This document shows positions 17,565 to 28,052 of a DNA stretch of 38,230 nucleotides, piece after piece. Position numbers and translations under genes: made by a program. The notes under the pieces were generated by a model that ran no database searches, was not told the origin of the DNA, and saw only the letters and a program-made list of their open reading frames with translations. The stretch is from Candidatus Aenigmatarchaeota archaeon (GTDB lineage Archaea > Aenigmatarchaeota > Aenigmatarchaeia > CG10238-14 > SCSR01). Each line of letters begins with the position of its first letter. Positions within the stretch are counted from its first letter, which is position 1. The DNA lies in the NCBI GenBank assembly GCA_039091335.1, contig JAWCME010000004.1:1-38230 (forward strand), given 5' to 3'.

Positions 17565-19934
17565 TTATAATTTTATTACCTTCGTTGGTTCATCCAACCT
17601 TTTTTCCCTTTCAAGCAAGTACGCACATCCGGTAATCGCGTCCTGTATTTTTTGGTCGTGACTTATTATAAAAAGCTGGTCGATGAATTGAGGTGTCCTT
17701 TCTTTAAGTGTTTTTATCAAACTCTCTACGCTTTTTTCGTCCAAATTGTGCGTTGGCTCGTCCAAAACCAAAATTTTTAAGTGGGGGGCCAGCACAAGAG
17801 AAAGTGCAATCCTAAGCGCCAGGCAAGCTATGCTTCTTTCGCCACCACTGGCTACCCCCTCAACATTAACCCATTCTGCTGTTCTTGACTGCAACTGCAA
17901 AACATAATCTCCGCCCTCTATGTTAAGCCTCACTCCAACAAAATCTTGATAGGGATAAAGTGTTTCCCATAGTTCATTCATCATATAATTAACACCTTCT
18001 ACGAATTCGTCCCTTAATTGAACTTGTGTGCTTTCTAGAGCCTTCTCAAAAACCTTTAGTTCAGAAATCAGTTTTTCAAGCCCCTTGACCTCTTCTTTCT
18101 GTTTCTCAAAAATTTTTAGCCTTTCTTCAAATTTTTTTATTATTTCTTCCTTTTCTTTTTTCAATTTTTCAAACGCAGAAATATTGCTCTCAAGCCTTCC
18201 TTTTTCTGTATTAAGTTCTATTAAATTTTTCTTCATCTCCTCCAGGTTTTTTCCAAAAATTTTTTTATTTATTTCTAATATTTTTTCTTCAATCTCTCTT
18301 TCTTTCTTTTTAAATTCAATCAGCCTACTACTCTTTTTCTCATATTCCTCCAATTTTAAAATCAAATCTTCAATTGATTGTTTCTCTTCATTTCCCTCTC
18401 TTATCTTACTCTCTAAGTTTTCAATTTCTTTTTTCATATGTATCAAATTTGACTCTGCCTCTGAAGCCAGTTTAGACAAGTCTTTAAATGCTATTTTAGA
18501 TTCTTCTAACTCAATTGTTTTTTCGTTTAAGTCCCTTATTTCCAAATGCATCTCATTCAATTTTTTTACAATCTCCTCAAATTCTTTGAATTCTTTTTCA
18601 CTCAAAACCTTTTTCTTTTCGGATTCTTCTAGTCTTTTTTTCAAATCTTCAATCTGTTTCTGCCTTTCCTTTATCAACAATTCCCTTTTCTCAAAGCTAA
18701 GTTCAGAATCGCATACAGGACATCTTCCCTCTACTTTTAAAAGTTTGGATATTAGTTCATTGAGTTCAAAAAGTTTTGAGTTAATTATCTCAACTTCTGT
18801 ACTAATTTTCTCCAAAGCCTTTCTTTTCTCCTCTTTTTTAGTATCAAAATCCTCTCCGACTTCCTTTATTATGTCATCCATTTCTTTTTTAATTTTTATC
18901 TTTTTTTCAACCTCTTTTTTCAGCATTTCTATCTTCTCTTTCTTCAAAATTTCAAGCTTTGTCCTTGTCTCAGAAAAGAAGTTTGAAAGCCTTTCATAGT
19001 CATCCTTTCTTTTCCTGATCTTTTCATCAATCTGATTTATCATATTTTTCAAATCTTCAAGTCTTTTGTCTAATTCTGCCTTTGTCTTACCTTCAACGAG
19101 TTTTTGAATTGACTGGAGAAAGCCAGAAATCTCTTCTATCGCACTTTTTATTCCTGCCTCCTCTCTTTTAAAGGAGTTAAGAGATTTTTCTATTTCTTCA
19201 AGTTCAGAAACCTCTTTATCTATTTTTTCAGCCTTTTCTTTTATTTCCTTAAATCTTTTTTCTGTCTCTTCCTTTTCTTCTGAAATTTTTTTCAGAGATA
19301 CCTTCAAATCAGAAATGTTTTTATTTATGTTTTCTATTTCAGACTCATCAATTATGCTTTGAATTGTTGTCTTTCTTTCAAAAATCTTGTTAATCACGGT
19401 AACCAGGGTTGATTTTGCCTTCTCAAATTTATCTATTGCTAGTAACTCATCAAGCTTCTTCATCCTTTGTCCTCTTTGTATCGTTAAAAAATAATCCAAT
19501 GCATTTTGTTCAGAATATATTGCCTTGCTGAATAAATCGTAATCAACTTTGATTATTTTTTCCAAAATCCTGGTAACATTTTGCGAACTTGGTGCTTCGA
19601 TTAGCCTTCCGTTTTCCCTTATTTCAGAGTAGGTTGTTCCCTTTCCCCTTTCTATAACCCTTTTAATAAAATATTCTTTGCCATCAACCTCAAACTCAAC
19701 ATTTACTTCTGCCATATTCTTCTCGATAGGTCTTTTCATTATCACGTCATCCAACTTAAGTTTTTTTACCTGAAGGTTTGGGAATGTACCAAAAAAAGCA
19801 AAGCATATTGCATCTAAAACAGAAGTTTTTCCTGATCCGAGTCTTCCTAAAAGTGCATTTGTACCAGAATAAAACTCTAAGCTTGAATCAAGATGTGAAC
19901 GCCAATTTTTCATACCAACTCTTTTTACTATCAT
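17565..19934 (-). CDS. rad50: DNA double-strand break repair ATPase Rad50
   Basis: GRLGSGKT, YSEQ (Q-loop), long coiled coils with a central CPVC zinc hook, ASGGE signature, LDEPTHNLD and ISHD. Confidence 0.95.
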   Translation of the reverse strand: MIVKRVGMKNWRSHLDSSLEFYSGTNALLGRLGSGKTSVLDAICFAFFGTFPNLQVKKLKLDDVIMKRPIEKNMAEVNVEFEVDGKEYFIKRVIERGKGTTYSEIRENGRLIEAPSSQNVTRILEKIIKVDYDLFSKAIYSEQNALDYFLTIQRGQRMKKLDELLAIDKFEKAKSTLVTVINKIFERKTTIQSIIDESEIENINKNISDLKVSLKKISEEKEETEKRFKEIKEKAEKIDKEVSELEEIEKSLNSFKREEAGIKSAIEEISGFLQSIQKLVEGKTKAELDKRLEDLKNMINQIDEKIRKRKDDYERLSNFFSETRTKLEILKKEKIEMLKKEVEKKIKIKKEMDDIIKEVGEDFDTKKEEKRKALEKISTEVEIINSKLFELNELISKLLKVEGRCPVCDSELSFEKRELLIKERQKQIEDLKKRLEESEKKKVLSEKEFKEFEEIVKKLNEMHLEIRDLNEKTIELEESKIAFKDLSKLASEAESNLIHMKKEIENLESKIREGNEEKQSIEDLILKLEEYEKKSSRLIEFKKKEREIEEKILEINKKIFGKNLEEMKKNLIELNTEKGRLESNISAFEKLKKEKEEIIKKFEERLKIFEKQKEEVKGLEKLISELKVFEKALESTQVQLRDEFVEGVNYMMNELWETLYPYQDFVGVRLNIEGGDYVLQLQSRTAEWVNVEGVASGGERSIACLALRIALSLVLAPHLKILVLDEPTHNLDEKSVESLIKTLKERTPQFIDQLFIISHDQKIQDAITGCAYLLEREKRLDEPTKVIKL

Positions 19935-19938
19935 AACA

Positions 19939-21165
19939 TCACTTTTTAAAATTTTCTAGCGTTTTTTGTTCGCCTGTTAAAATTTTTATTATTTTATCAA
20001 CATCACCTTCGGCCAATACCTCAAAAAGATATTCATAGTCAATGAAAAAAGAATAATTAAGCTCCTCTAAATTCTTTTTAAAAATCTCTAGTCCAATCTC
20101 TTCTATTGAATGTTTCTGCTCTTTTATATTTCTCAAAAGTTCTATCTTTTTTGTTATCGCTGGTGATTCGACCTCCTTTGAAAAAATTAATATTGCCCTT
20201 TCAGAATACTTTTTCTCCAAATTTCTTAGTTCTTTGTCGATGGTATTGCTCTCTTTACCAAAAACTTTTATTTTTATCAGAGGTTTTTTATCAAACTCCT
20301 TTTCCAAAATTTTTTCGACCGTTTTTTCAATTTCTTCTCTAACAGAACCATTCAAGAAAACCTCCTCGTAAAATATTTTTCTATTTTTTTCAAGTGGTAT
20401 GAATTTTACTTTTATTTCTTTTCCAAATTCTAACATGTAAAATCCTTTTTCATTCATTTCCTCTTTTTTAATTTGTGTTACTATCGTGCTTCCAGGAAAA
20501 AGAAGCTTGGTATGACCCAAATCAATTAATTGCCTTTCATGCACATGACCATCTATTATCATATCAAACCCACTTGGAAGTGTTGAGACAGAAATTGTTG
20601 GTGGTTCAAGAGAATAAACATATGGTTCAATGTTCTGGTGTAATAATAATAAATTAAAACAATCCTTAATAGGAGTTGGGTTCCACTTTTTAATCATATC
20701 CCCAGCAAACCTTTCAGGAACTCCAGACATTCCATGAATTGCAACCTTAATTCCATTCTTTTCAAAAACAAGAGAGTTACAGTGAAGATGAATTAATAAG
20801 CCTGCATTTTCTAAAACTTCAATGATATTCATTTCCCCTCCCTCTTTTCTTTCATGTGTTCCATGGAGAGCTATTACTGGCAAGTGTTCTAGCGTTCTTC
20901 TCAATATTTTTTTCAACTCTTTTGTTGAGCCCAAAAGTCTAACCCCTGTACTTTCTTTTTGCAGGGGCTTTACCAAAATTTTTATCGCTTTTCCAAGCAC
21001 TTGTGTTTTTGGTAATTTGGAATCAAAAATATCGCCAAGAATTAAAATTAGGTCAGAATCAATTGCTTTTTCGATTGCCTCTTCAGCATTATCAAAAGCG
21101 TCCTCTTCTGTCTCCGGTGAATGAGAGAAACCAAGGTGAAGGTCTGAAAGCACTGCTATCCTCAT
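19939..21165 (-). CDS. mre11: DNA repair nuclease Mre11
   Basis: SDLHLG, GDIFD, HGTHE (variant GNHD), LLHQ, GHVH and PGS motifs. Directly upstream of rad50. Confidence 0.92.
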   Translation of the reverse strand: MRIAVLSDLHLGFSHSPETEEDAFDNAEEAIEKAIDSDLILILGDIFDSKLPKTQVLGKAIKILVKPLQKESTGVRLLGSTKELKKILRRTLEHLPVIALHGTHERKEGGEMNIIEVLENAGLLIHLHCNSLVFEKNGIKVAIHGMSGVPERFAGDMIKKWNPTPIKDCFNLLLLHQNIEPYVYSLEPPTISVSTLPSGFDMIIDGHVHERQLIDLGHTKLLFPGSTIVTQIKKEEMNEKGFYMLEFGKEIKVKFIPLEKNRKIFYEEVFLNGSVREEIEKTVEKILEKEFDKKPLIKIKVFGKESNTIDKELRNLEKKYSERAILIFSKEVESPAITKKIELLRNIKEQKHSIEEIGLEIFKKNLEELNYSFFIDYEYLFEVLAEGDVDKIIKILTGEQKTLENFKK

Positions 21166-21255
21166 ACAATCCTACTTAACTATAGAACTAAACTTATTTA
21201 AATTGATTTTTCATATTCAAAACCCATTTATTTAAAACTTTTTATATTTTTATTG

Positions 21256-22707
21256 ATGAATACCGAGAAAAAGTTGAAAAAAACGGATTTTTCTGAATGG
21301 TACAATAGAATAATTTATGAAGCGGACCTAGTTGATATAAGAGTAAACATAAAGGGTTTTCTTGTTCATAAACCATGGTCTATGCTTTGCATACGTGAAA
21401 TTTATAGGCTGTACGAGAAGGAGTTAGAAAAAACAGGACATATGCCAACTCTATTCCCAATAGTTATTCCAGAATCCAATATTAAAAAAGAATCAGAACA
21501 CATAAAAGGGTTTCAGGATGAAGTTTTTTGGATAACGCATCAGGGGAAAGAAAGGATGGAAGAAAAACTTTGCTTAAGACCAACTTCAGAAACAATAATA
21601 TATCCAATGTTTTCTTTGTGGATAAGAAGTTACAAAGATTTGCCATTAAAAATCTATCAAAGTTGTGCTGTATATAGAGCAGAGACAAAAGCAACAAAAC
21701 CTTTAATTAGGGGGAGAGAATTCCTTTGGATAGAAGCGCACGATGCATTTGCCTCAATGGAAGATTCGGAAAAACAAATAATTGAAGATATGGAAATAGC
21801 AGAAAGGGTAATTCATCAAGAACTTTGCATACCTTTTATTTTATTGAGAAGGCCAGAATGGGATAAGTTTCCCGGAGCAGAATCAACCTTTGCCTTTGAC
21901 ACAATAATGCCCGATGGAAAAATATTACAAATAGCTACAACCCACTTACTTGCACAAAACTTTTCCAAGCCATTTGATATAAAATTTACCAAAGAAGATG
22001 GAAAGGAAGAATATGTTTATCAAACATGCTATGGACCTGGAATATGGAGGATATTTGCAGCACTAATTTCTTTGCATGGCGATGATAGAGGACTTATATT
22101 TCCATTTAAAGTAGCACCAATCCAAGTTATCATCGTTCCCATATTTTATTCAGAGGAAGAAAAAAGTATTGTTGAAAAAAAATGTAAAAACATTGAAAAG
22201 GTTTTGAAGGAAAACGGGATAAGAGTAATGGTCGATACAACTGAAAAAACCCCGGGAGAAAAATTTTATTACTGGGAGATGAGGGGTGTCCCCATAAGAA
22301 TTGAGATAGGAATGAAGGAAATTAAATCAAATACACTAACCATTCACAGAAGGGAAAAAAACAAAAGGGAAAGGATTGAAGAAGATTCTATACTTAAAAG
22401 AATTGAAGCTATAGAAATAGAAATTAAAGAAAAACTAAGGAACGAGGCTGAAAAATTCTTTAAAAGCATGATCTCTGTTGCAAAAACAAAAGAAAAATTA
22501 AAAGAAATAATTGAAAAAAAGGGGGGATTGGTTAAGGTCGGTTTTTGTGGAAGTAAAAGGTGTGCTCAAGAAATAAAGTCTGAAACAACAGCAGAAGTTA
22601 GAGGCTATGAATTTGCAAGTTTTGAAAGGGATAAAGAAGATTTTTGCAGGTGTGTTTGGTGTGGAAAGAAATCAAAAGAAGTTGTTTATATAGGAAAAAG
22701 CTATTAA
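21256..22707 (+). CDS. proS: Prolyl-tRNA synthetase (archaeal/eukaryotic type)
   Basis: FSEWY, LRPTSET, PLIRGREFLWIEAH, HGDDRGL, a C-terminal Zn-binding Cys cluster and a terminal Tyr. Confidence 0.97.
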   Translation: MNTEKKLKKTDFSEWYNRIIYEADLVDIRVNIKGFLVHKPWSMLCIREIYRLYEKELEKTGHMPTLFPIVIPESNIKKESEHIKGFQDEVFWITHQGKERMEEKLCLRPTSETIIYPMFSLWIRSYKDLPLKIYQSCAVYRAETKATKPLIRGREFLWIEAHDAFASMEDSEKQIIEDMEIAERVIHQELCIPFILLRRPEWDKFPGAESTFAFDTIMPDGKILQIATTHLLAQNFSKPFDIKFTKEDGKEEYVYQTCYGPGIWRIFAALISLHGDDRGLIFPFKVAPIQVIIVPIFYSEEEKSIVEKKCKNIEKVLKENGIRVMVDTTEKTPGEKFYYWEMRGVPIRIEIGMKEIKSNTLTIHRREKNKRERIEEDSILKRIEAIEIEIKEKLRNEAEKFFKSMISVAKTKEKLKEIIEKKGGLVKVGFCGSKRCAQEIKSETTAEVRGYEFASFERDKEDFCRCVWCGKKSKEVVYIGKSY

Positions 22708-22760
22708 ATACCAAAAGATATTTAAATATGAATGAATAATTTGAATTATCTTACTTCTGG

Positions 22761-23396
22761 GTGAAGAAAGTGATAGACGAAAAAAACATAAGAAAGACAG
22801 GTACTACTACTGTTGGGATTGTTTGCAAAGATGGGGTTGTACTTGCTGCAGAGAAAAGAAGTACAATGGGATATCTTGTTGCAAGTAAAGAAAGTACAAA
22901 AATTTTCCCCATAGACGATCACATCGCAATAACAATAGCAGGAGCAAGCGGTGATGCTCAGGCTATTGTAAGATATATAAGAGCGGAATGCAAGCTTTTT
23001 CAAATCCAAAATAAGAGAAAAATCTCTGTAAAGGGAGCTGCAACTCTATTGGCAAACATTTTGCAATCTGGAAGATGGAGCTTCATACCATACATGGTAC
23101 AACTTATAATTGCTGGTTTTGATGATTCTGGTCCATCAATATATAGTTTAGACCCAATAGGAAGTGTTGAGGAAGAGAAGAAGTTTTTCTCTTCTGGTTC
23201 AGGCTCACCAATAGCTCTTGGTGTTTTAGAGGATAAATATAAAGATGGAATATCAACACAAGACGGAATAAAGATTGCAATTCAGGCGATAAAAGCCGCT
23301 GTTGAGCGTGACATTGCATCGGGTGGAAAAGGCATTGACGTTGCCGTTGTAACAAAAGAAGGATTTAAATTAATTGAAAAGGTAGAGAGCGCTTAA
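22761..23396 (+). CDS. psmB: Proteasome beta subunit
   Basis: Propeptide followed by G|TTTVGIVCKDGVVLAAEKR, SGSG and RDIASG. Confidence 0.97.
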   Translation: MKKVIDEKNIRKTGTTTVGIVCKDGVVLAAEKRSTMGYLVASKESTKIFPIDDHIAITIAGASGDAQAIVRYIRAECKLFQIQNKRKISVKGAATLLANILQSGRWSFIPYMVQLIIAGFDDSGPSIYSLDPIGSVEEEKKFFSSGSGSPIALGVLEDKYKDGISTQDGIKIAIQAIKAAVERDIASGGKGIDVAVVTKEGFKLIEKVESA

Positions 23397-23416
23397 ATAA
23401 AAATTCTGTGGTTAGA

Positions 23417-25282
23417 ATGGAGATTCTCGATAGAGTAAAATCTTTACTTCCAAATATTGTAAGCAGGATTGAGCTTGAAGGTTCTGAGATAATAATATAT
23501 ACAAAAGACAAAGACTTTTTTCTTAGTTGTGAAGATGTTATTAGAAAGACCGTTGATGAACTAAAGAAAAGGATAGAGGTCAGGCCCGAAAAAAACCTTT
23601 GTCTAAGTGAAGATTATGTTATTGAAAAAATAAAGGAAATAGTTCCACCGGAGGCAAACATAAAAAACATATACTTTGAACCAGAAAGAAGCGTTGTAAC
23701 AATAGGCGCTGAAAAACCCGGATTAGTAATAGGAAAGGGAGGAGAAACTATAAAAAGAATTAAGTCAGAGACGCTTTGGATTCCTAAGATTGAGAGGGAA
23801 CCATCAATTAAATCAGATGTAATTAATGGAATAAGGAAAATGCTTCATAAAGAGACTAAATTTAGGAAGGAATTCTTAAACAAGATAGGAGAAAACATAT
23901 TTGGAAAAAGGGAAGCAAGTAGAGATTGGATAAGGATAATACCTTTGGGTGGTTTTAGGGAAGTTGGAAGAAGTTGTTTACTAATTGAAACCCCAAAATC
24001 AAAAGTTTTGGTAGATTGTGGTATAAATGTTGGTGGAACCAATTCTGGAGTATTCCCTTACTTGAATACAAAGGAGTTTGACTATTCTGAGATTGACGCA
24101 ATAATAGCATCTCATGCACATCTTGACCACATTGGTTTTATTCCAGTACTTTATGAAAGAGGATACGATGGACCATTATACCTAACAACACCAACTGTTG
24201 ATTTTGCAACTCTTCTGTGGCTAGATTACATAGATGTGATGCAAAAAAGTTTAAACTCCCCTCTTTTTACTGCAAGGGGTGTAAAAGAGGCAATCAAACA
24301 CACAATACCTCTAGAATACGGAGAAGTTTCTGATGTTGCTCCAGATGTTAGATTAACTTTCCAAAACGCCGGACACATACTTGGAAGTGGGCTTATTCAT
24401 TTACACATAGGTGAAGGACTACATAATGTTGTTTATGCATGCGATATTAAGTACGGAAAAACAACATTACTTGAACCGGCCTTTACAGATTTCCAAAGAG
24501 TAGAAACACTAGTAATTGAATCGACCTATGGTGGAATTGATGATATAATGCCACCAAGAGATGAAGCTGAAAAACAGCTTGTTGAAATAATAAATAGAAC
24601 GATGGAAAGAAATGGTATAGTATTAATCCCTTCCTTTGCAGTTGAGAGGGCCCAAGATGTTATGACAATACTAACAGAAAATAACTTTCAATATCCTGTA
24701 TTCATAGATGGAATGATATGGGACGCTACTGGAATATTTACGGCGTACCCAGAATATATGTCACGCTCCATCCAGAAAAAAATATTTAATAACCAAAATC
24801 CATTCTTAAGTGAAAATTTCAAAAGAGTTTCTTCACAACAAGAAAGAGAGAAGGTGTTGGAACAAAGGCCTTGTGTAATAATATCAACAAGTGGAATGTT
24901 GGTTGGTGGTCCAGTAATAACATATCTACAAAACTTGGCAGAAGACCCAAGAAACACAATAATTTTCATTGCCTATCAAGCAGAGGGTACATGGGGCAGA
25001 AGAATTCAAAAGGGATGGAAGGAAATACCGTTTAAGACAGAAGATGGTAAACAAGTGACACTAAACCTAAAAATGGAAGTTAATACCGTTGATGGGATGA
25101 GCGGGCATAGCGATAGAAATCAATTGCTAAGCTTCATACATCGCCTTCCAACAAAACCAGACAAAATAATTGTTTGTCACGGTGAACATCAAAAAACAAT
25201 AGAACTTTGTAGAACTATACATAAGCTTTTCAGGGTTGAAACAAATGCTCCAAAGAATTTAGAAAGTATAAGACTAAAATGA
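23417..25282 (+). CDS. fttA: KH-domain beta-CASP ribonuclease aCPSF1 (FttA)
   Basis: KPGLVIGKGG (KH), LGGFREVGRSC, SHAHLDH, NAGHILGS, ESTYG and SGHSDR. Follows psmB, a widely conserved archaeal gene pair. Confidence 0.96.
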   Translation: MEILDRVKSLLPNIVSRIELEGSEIIIYTKDKDFFLSCEDVIRKTVDELKKRIEVRPEKNLCLSEDYVIEKIKEIVPPEANIKNIYFEPERSVVTIGAEKPGLVIGKGGETIKRIKSETLWIPKIEREPSIKSDVINGIRKMLHKETKFRKEFLNKIGENIFGKREASRDWIRIIPLGGFREVGRSCLLIETPKSKVLVDCGINVGGTNSGVFPYLNTKEFDYSEIDAIIASHAHLDHIGFIPVLYERGYDGPLYLTTPTVDFATLLWLDYIDVMQKSLNSPLFTARGVKEAIKHTIPLEYGEVSDVAPDVRLTFQNAGHILGSGLIHLHIGEGLHNVVYACDIKYGKTTLLEPAFTDFQRVETLVIESTYGGIDDIMPPRDEAEKQLVEIINRTMERNGIVLIPSFAVERAQDVMTILTENNFQYPVFIDGMIWDATGIFTAYPEYMSRSIQKKIFNNQNPFLSENFKRVSSQQEREKVLEQRPCVIISTSGMLVGGPVITYLQNLAEDPRNTIIFIAYQAEGTWGRRIQKGWKEIPFKTEDGKQVTLNLKMEVNTVDGMSGHSDRNQLLSFIHRLPTKPDKIIVCHGEHQKTIELCRTIHKLFRVETNAPKNLESIRLK

Positions 25283-25283
25283 A

Positions 25284-26594
25284 TTAATAGAATGGATATC
25301 CTAGACCAAAATCAAACTTGTAAACCTCAAACATATCATAATTAACAACATTTACATAAGAAGTAACATAACCTGTTTTTATTTCATAAGCAGGGACACT
25401 CAATTGTTTGTTTGAAGTTGATAATATTGCTGAAATTAAAATTTTTTTTTGGTCGTCCTCAACTTTTTCCAGCCCGCTCCTACTAAAATCAGAAATCCAA
25501 ATAGTTTTTCCTGTAGAGTTTAGTACTGAACAAAATCCTTTCAATTCTTCAGAAGAACCAATTCTTTTTACAGCTTTTATAATTCCTCTTTGAAATTCAT
25601 TGCCTGCTGGTAGAATTCTTGACTTTGTTGGAACTGAACAGAAATCTGAAAAGTTGTATGATGGTCTAAATGAAAGACCAACTTTATCTTCTATGTAATT
25701 AAGGAAAAACCTATAATTAGTTAAATTAAATTCTTCCCTTATTTTAACAATTTTGTCAGCCAAACCATTGGCATTCGAATCAAAAAAAACATGGGTTGAA
25801 TTGCAAACCCAAAAATTGAATTTTGTTGAGTTAAATGTAATATTACCAAACCTTATGTTTGTACATGGTTGTGAAGGAATTTCAAGTTGCATAAAAGGTG
25901 TTGGAGTTGTGTCTAAAAAAATTGGGAAATAGTAGAAAATCTTGTAATTGTAATATCTTACATCATTACTTCCTGGTTTTTCTATAAAATCAAAATCTGT
26001 CTCTTCCCAATTGCCAGCCCCCTCTATTCCAAAAATTTCGGTTTGAGCATTATCCACATAATCAAAATCCATCAATTCAACTATCCCCTTTCCCTTTCTT
26101 AGGTATTCTAGTAGTGTGTCTTTGTATGGAGTAATGTTTTTATACCCCCAGATTAAAAGTGAATCAGACCTAACAATACACGGATTTATAACCCCAAGCT
26201 CTGTATAACAAATCAAAAAATCAATGTTCCTACCATTTACCTTCATTCCTTCTGACCATTTTTCAAGTGCAATTATTTGCTCGTTTGTACAATTGCACGC
26301 AACAACAACCATATTCTTTATAGTTCCTTCTATCTCAGACCAATAAAGCATTCCAGTCAATCCTGCTGGAATTAATCTTTCTAAAAAATCTTGAAATCTT
26401 GAAGTATTAGAAAGAAAGTAATGAAGCTTTCCTATTCTATCCATCGTCAAAACAACGTCCCTACCATTTATCAAAAGAATTGCTTCGTCCCATTTGCTCT
26501 TATAAGAAAATCCTGGAAAAAGTACGTTGAATGCGATAAAAAGAGCCACTATCACAAGAATTGCCTCCATTATGTTAACAAATCCGTTTTTCAT
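25284..26594 (-). CDS. Large pilin-like protein, locus 2
   Basis: MKNG|FVNIMEAILVIVALFIAF class III-like N-terminus and an extracellular body with Cys pairs and NxS/T sequons. Confidence 0.8.
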   Translation of the reverse strand: MKNGFVNIMEAILVIVALFIAFNVLFPGFSYKSKWDEAILLINGRDVVLTMDRIGKLHYFLSNTSRFQDFLERLIPAGLTGMLYWSEIEGTIKNMVVVACNCTNEQIIALEKWSEGMKVNGRNIDFLICYTELGVINPCIVRSDSLLIWGYKNITPYKDTLLEYLRKGKGIVELMDFDYVDNAQTEIFGIEGAGNWEETDFDFIEKPGSNDVRYYNYKIFYYFPIFLDTTPTPFMQLEIPSQPCTNIRFGNITFNSTKFNFWVCNSTHVFFDSNANGLADKIVKIREEFNLTNYRFFLNYIEDKVGLSFRPSYNFSDFCSVPTKSRILPAGNEFQRGIIKAVKRIGSSEELKGFCSVLNSTGKTIWISDFSRSGLEKVEDDQKKILISAILSTSNKQLSVPAYEIKTGYVTSYVNVVNYDMFEVYKFDFGLGYPFY

Positions 26595-26595
26595 T

Positions 26596-27120
26596 CTACC
26601 ACATTTGAATTAAAATTTCTCCATATTTTGAACCAAAAGCTATCTGTCTTTTTATGGAAACATTTACATTTCTTGTTATAAAAATGTTTGGTTTACATAT
26701 AACTGGCTCTATAGGATTTTCTGACCTGTCAACAAGAATTATAGAAAATTGAGAGGTTGCCCCAATCCATCTGCTCACATCATCATACCCATTTGCTTGA
26801 TTGCATTTTGTTCGAAGTGCATTTATTTTATCCAACGATAAAAAATTTGTTAGGTTAAACCTTTCATCAGAAAGGCCTATTCTTTTTATTTTGTTCTCGT
26901 TTGGTGTTCCTATCAAAGCGTTCCAATCTATCGGCTCTCCAAGGTCATTTATTAAGATTTCCGAAATTTGATAAGCTTCTGACCTTACGATCTCATTTCT
27001 TGCTTCATTAGAGTAAGTCCTCATAAAACTTAATACTTGTAGGAAAAGAATTGAGGAAAAAGAAATAAACAAAGAAAAGGCAACGATGTATTCAACAAAG
27101 CTTATTTGTGCTTTCATCAA
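26596..27120 (-). CDS. Pilin-like protein, locus 2
   Basis: MKA|QISFVEYIVAFSLFISF; GEPIDW...IGL motif. Confidence 0.85.
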   Translation of the reverse strand: MMKAQISFVEYIVAFSLFISFSSILFLQVLSFMRTYSNEARNEIVRSEAYQISEILINDLGEPIDWNALIGTPNENKIKRIGLSDERFNLTNFLSLDKINALRTKCNQANGYDDVSRWIGATSQFSIILVDRSENPIEPVICKPNIFITRNVNVSIKRQIAFGSKYGEILIQMW

Positions 27121-28052
27121 ACCCCCATTACCCCAAGTCTTACAACTATACTAAAAGCACCAAACACGAGAATCAACATTATGATGCTATGTTTTATTCC
27201 TGAGACTAGTGAATTCTCGCTTATTTCACCAGCAACCAAACCGCAACAAAATGCCTGAACTATTGACATGAAGAAGAAAAGAGAAGTATAGTAACATTTT
27301 ATTGTTTCTTTTTCTATTGCAAAAATGTTGCAAGTTGAATAAAAAATACTACAAATTGAGCAAGAGGCTCCAACACAATTTTCACAAGGGTTTGATATAC
27401 CAACTGCTTCCGAGGCACCTGGCATTGCAGCAACCTGAAATATTGGAACCATTAGCCTGTTTATAGCGACAACTACCCCAAGAAATAAAAAACATATTGC
27501 ATACATCAAAACAACATACTGTCTTAACAAGCTTCTTCTTTCCTTTTCTGTCTCGTCAAGCATTACAGCAGCTTCTGCAATAGATTCAATTATTGATATT
27601 ATATCACCACCGGAAAAATATGATTCTCTTATAATTTTCATTGCACTGTTTATCCTCTTGCTTTTTTTTGTTCTTTGAATGAATTGATCTATAACCTTAT
27701 CAATCGGCATTCCCCATGATATTTGGTTTGCCATCTTTTTAATTTCTGGTGAAAGCTTACCATACTCTACTTTGCTACATCCAACTATGGCCTGATGAAA
27801 AGACATTCCAGACCTTAAAGATTCTACAATATCCCTTAAAAAAATCGGCAGTCTCTCTTCCATCTCTTTTAATGCCCTATATTTTTCAAACCTGAGAAAA
27901 AACTGAGGTGTCGCAACAACAAAAGTTGAGAGTATGAGTGAATTACCAAGAACTCCCAGGTCTGAGCTTAATATTCCAATTATTATAAGAACTGAGGATA
28001 TTAAAAAAGAGATTAACAAAACTCTTATCTCAAACCCGAGCTCAATCCTCAC
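27117..28052 (-). CDS. TadC-like (T2SSF) platform protein with a Cys-rich loop
   Basis: EERLPIFLRDIVESLRSGMSFHQAI...YGKLSPEI...SWG...SGGDI...GLVAGEISE. Confidence 0.92.
   Translation of the reverse strand: MRIELGFEIRVLLISFLISSVLIIIGILSSDLGVLGNSLILSTFVVATPQFFLRFEKYRALKEMEERLPIFLRDIVESLRSGMSFHQAIVGCSKVEYGKLSPEIKKMANQISWGMPIDKVIDQFIQRTKKSKRINSAMKIIRESYFSGGDIISIIESIAEAAVMLDETEKERRSLLRQYVVLMYAICFLFLGVVVAINRLMVPIFQVAAMPGASEAVGISNPCENCVGASCSICSIFYSTCNIFAIEKETIKCYYTSLFFFMSIVQAFCCGLVAGEISENSLVSGIKHSIIMLILVFGAFSIVVRLGVMGV

Noticed and set aside
18028-18999. 323-aa plus-strand Ser/Phe-rich ORF, and similar antisense ORFs (947-1399, 33070-33858, 32452-32967 and others)
   Set aside because: Shadow ORFs on the reverse strand of E/K-rich genes (rad50, ths and others).
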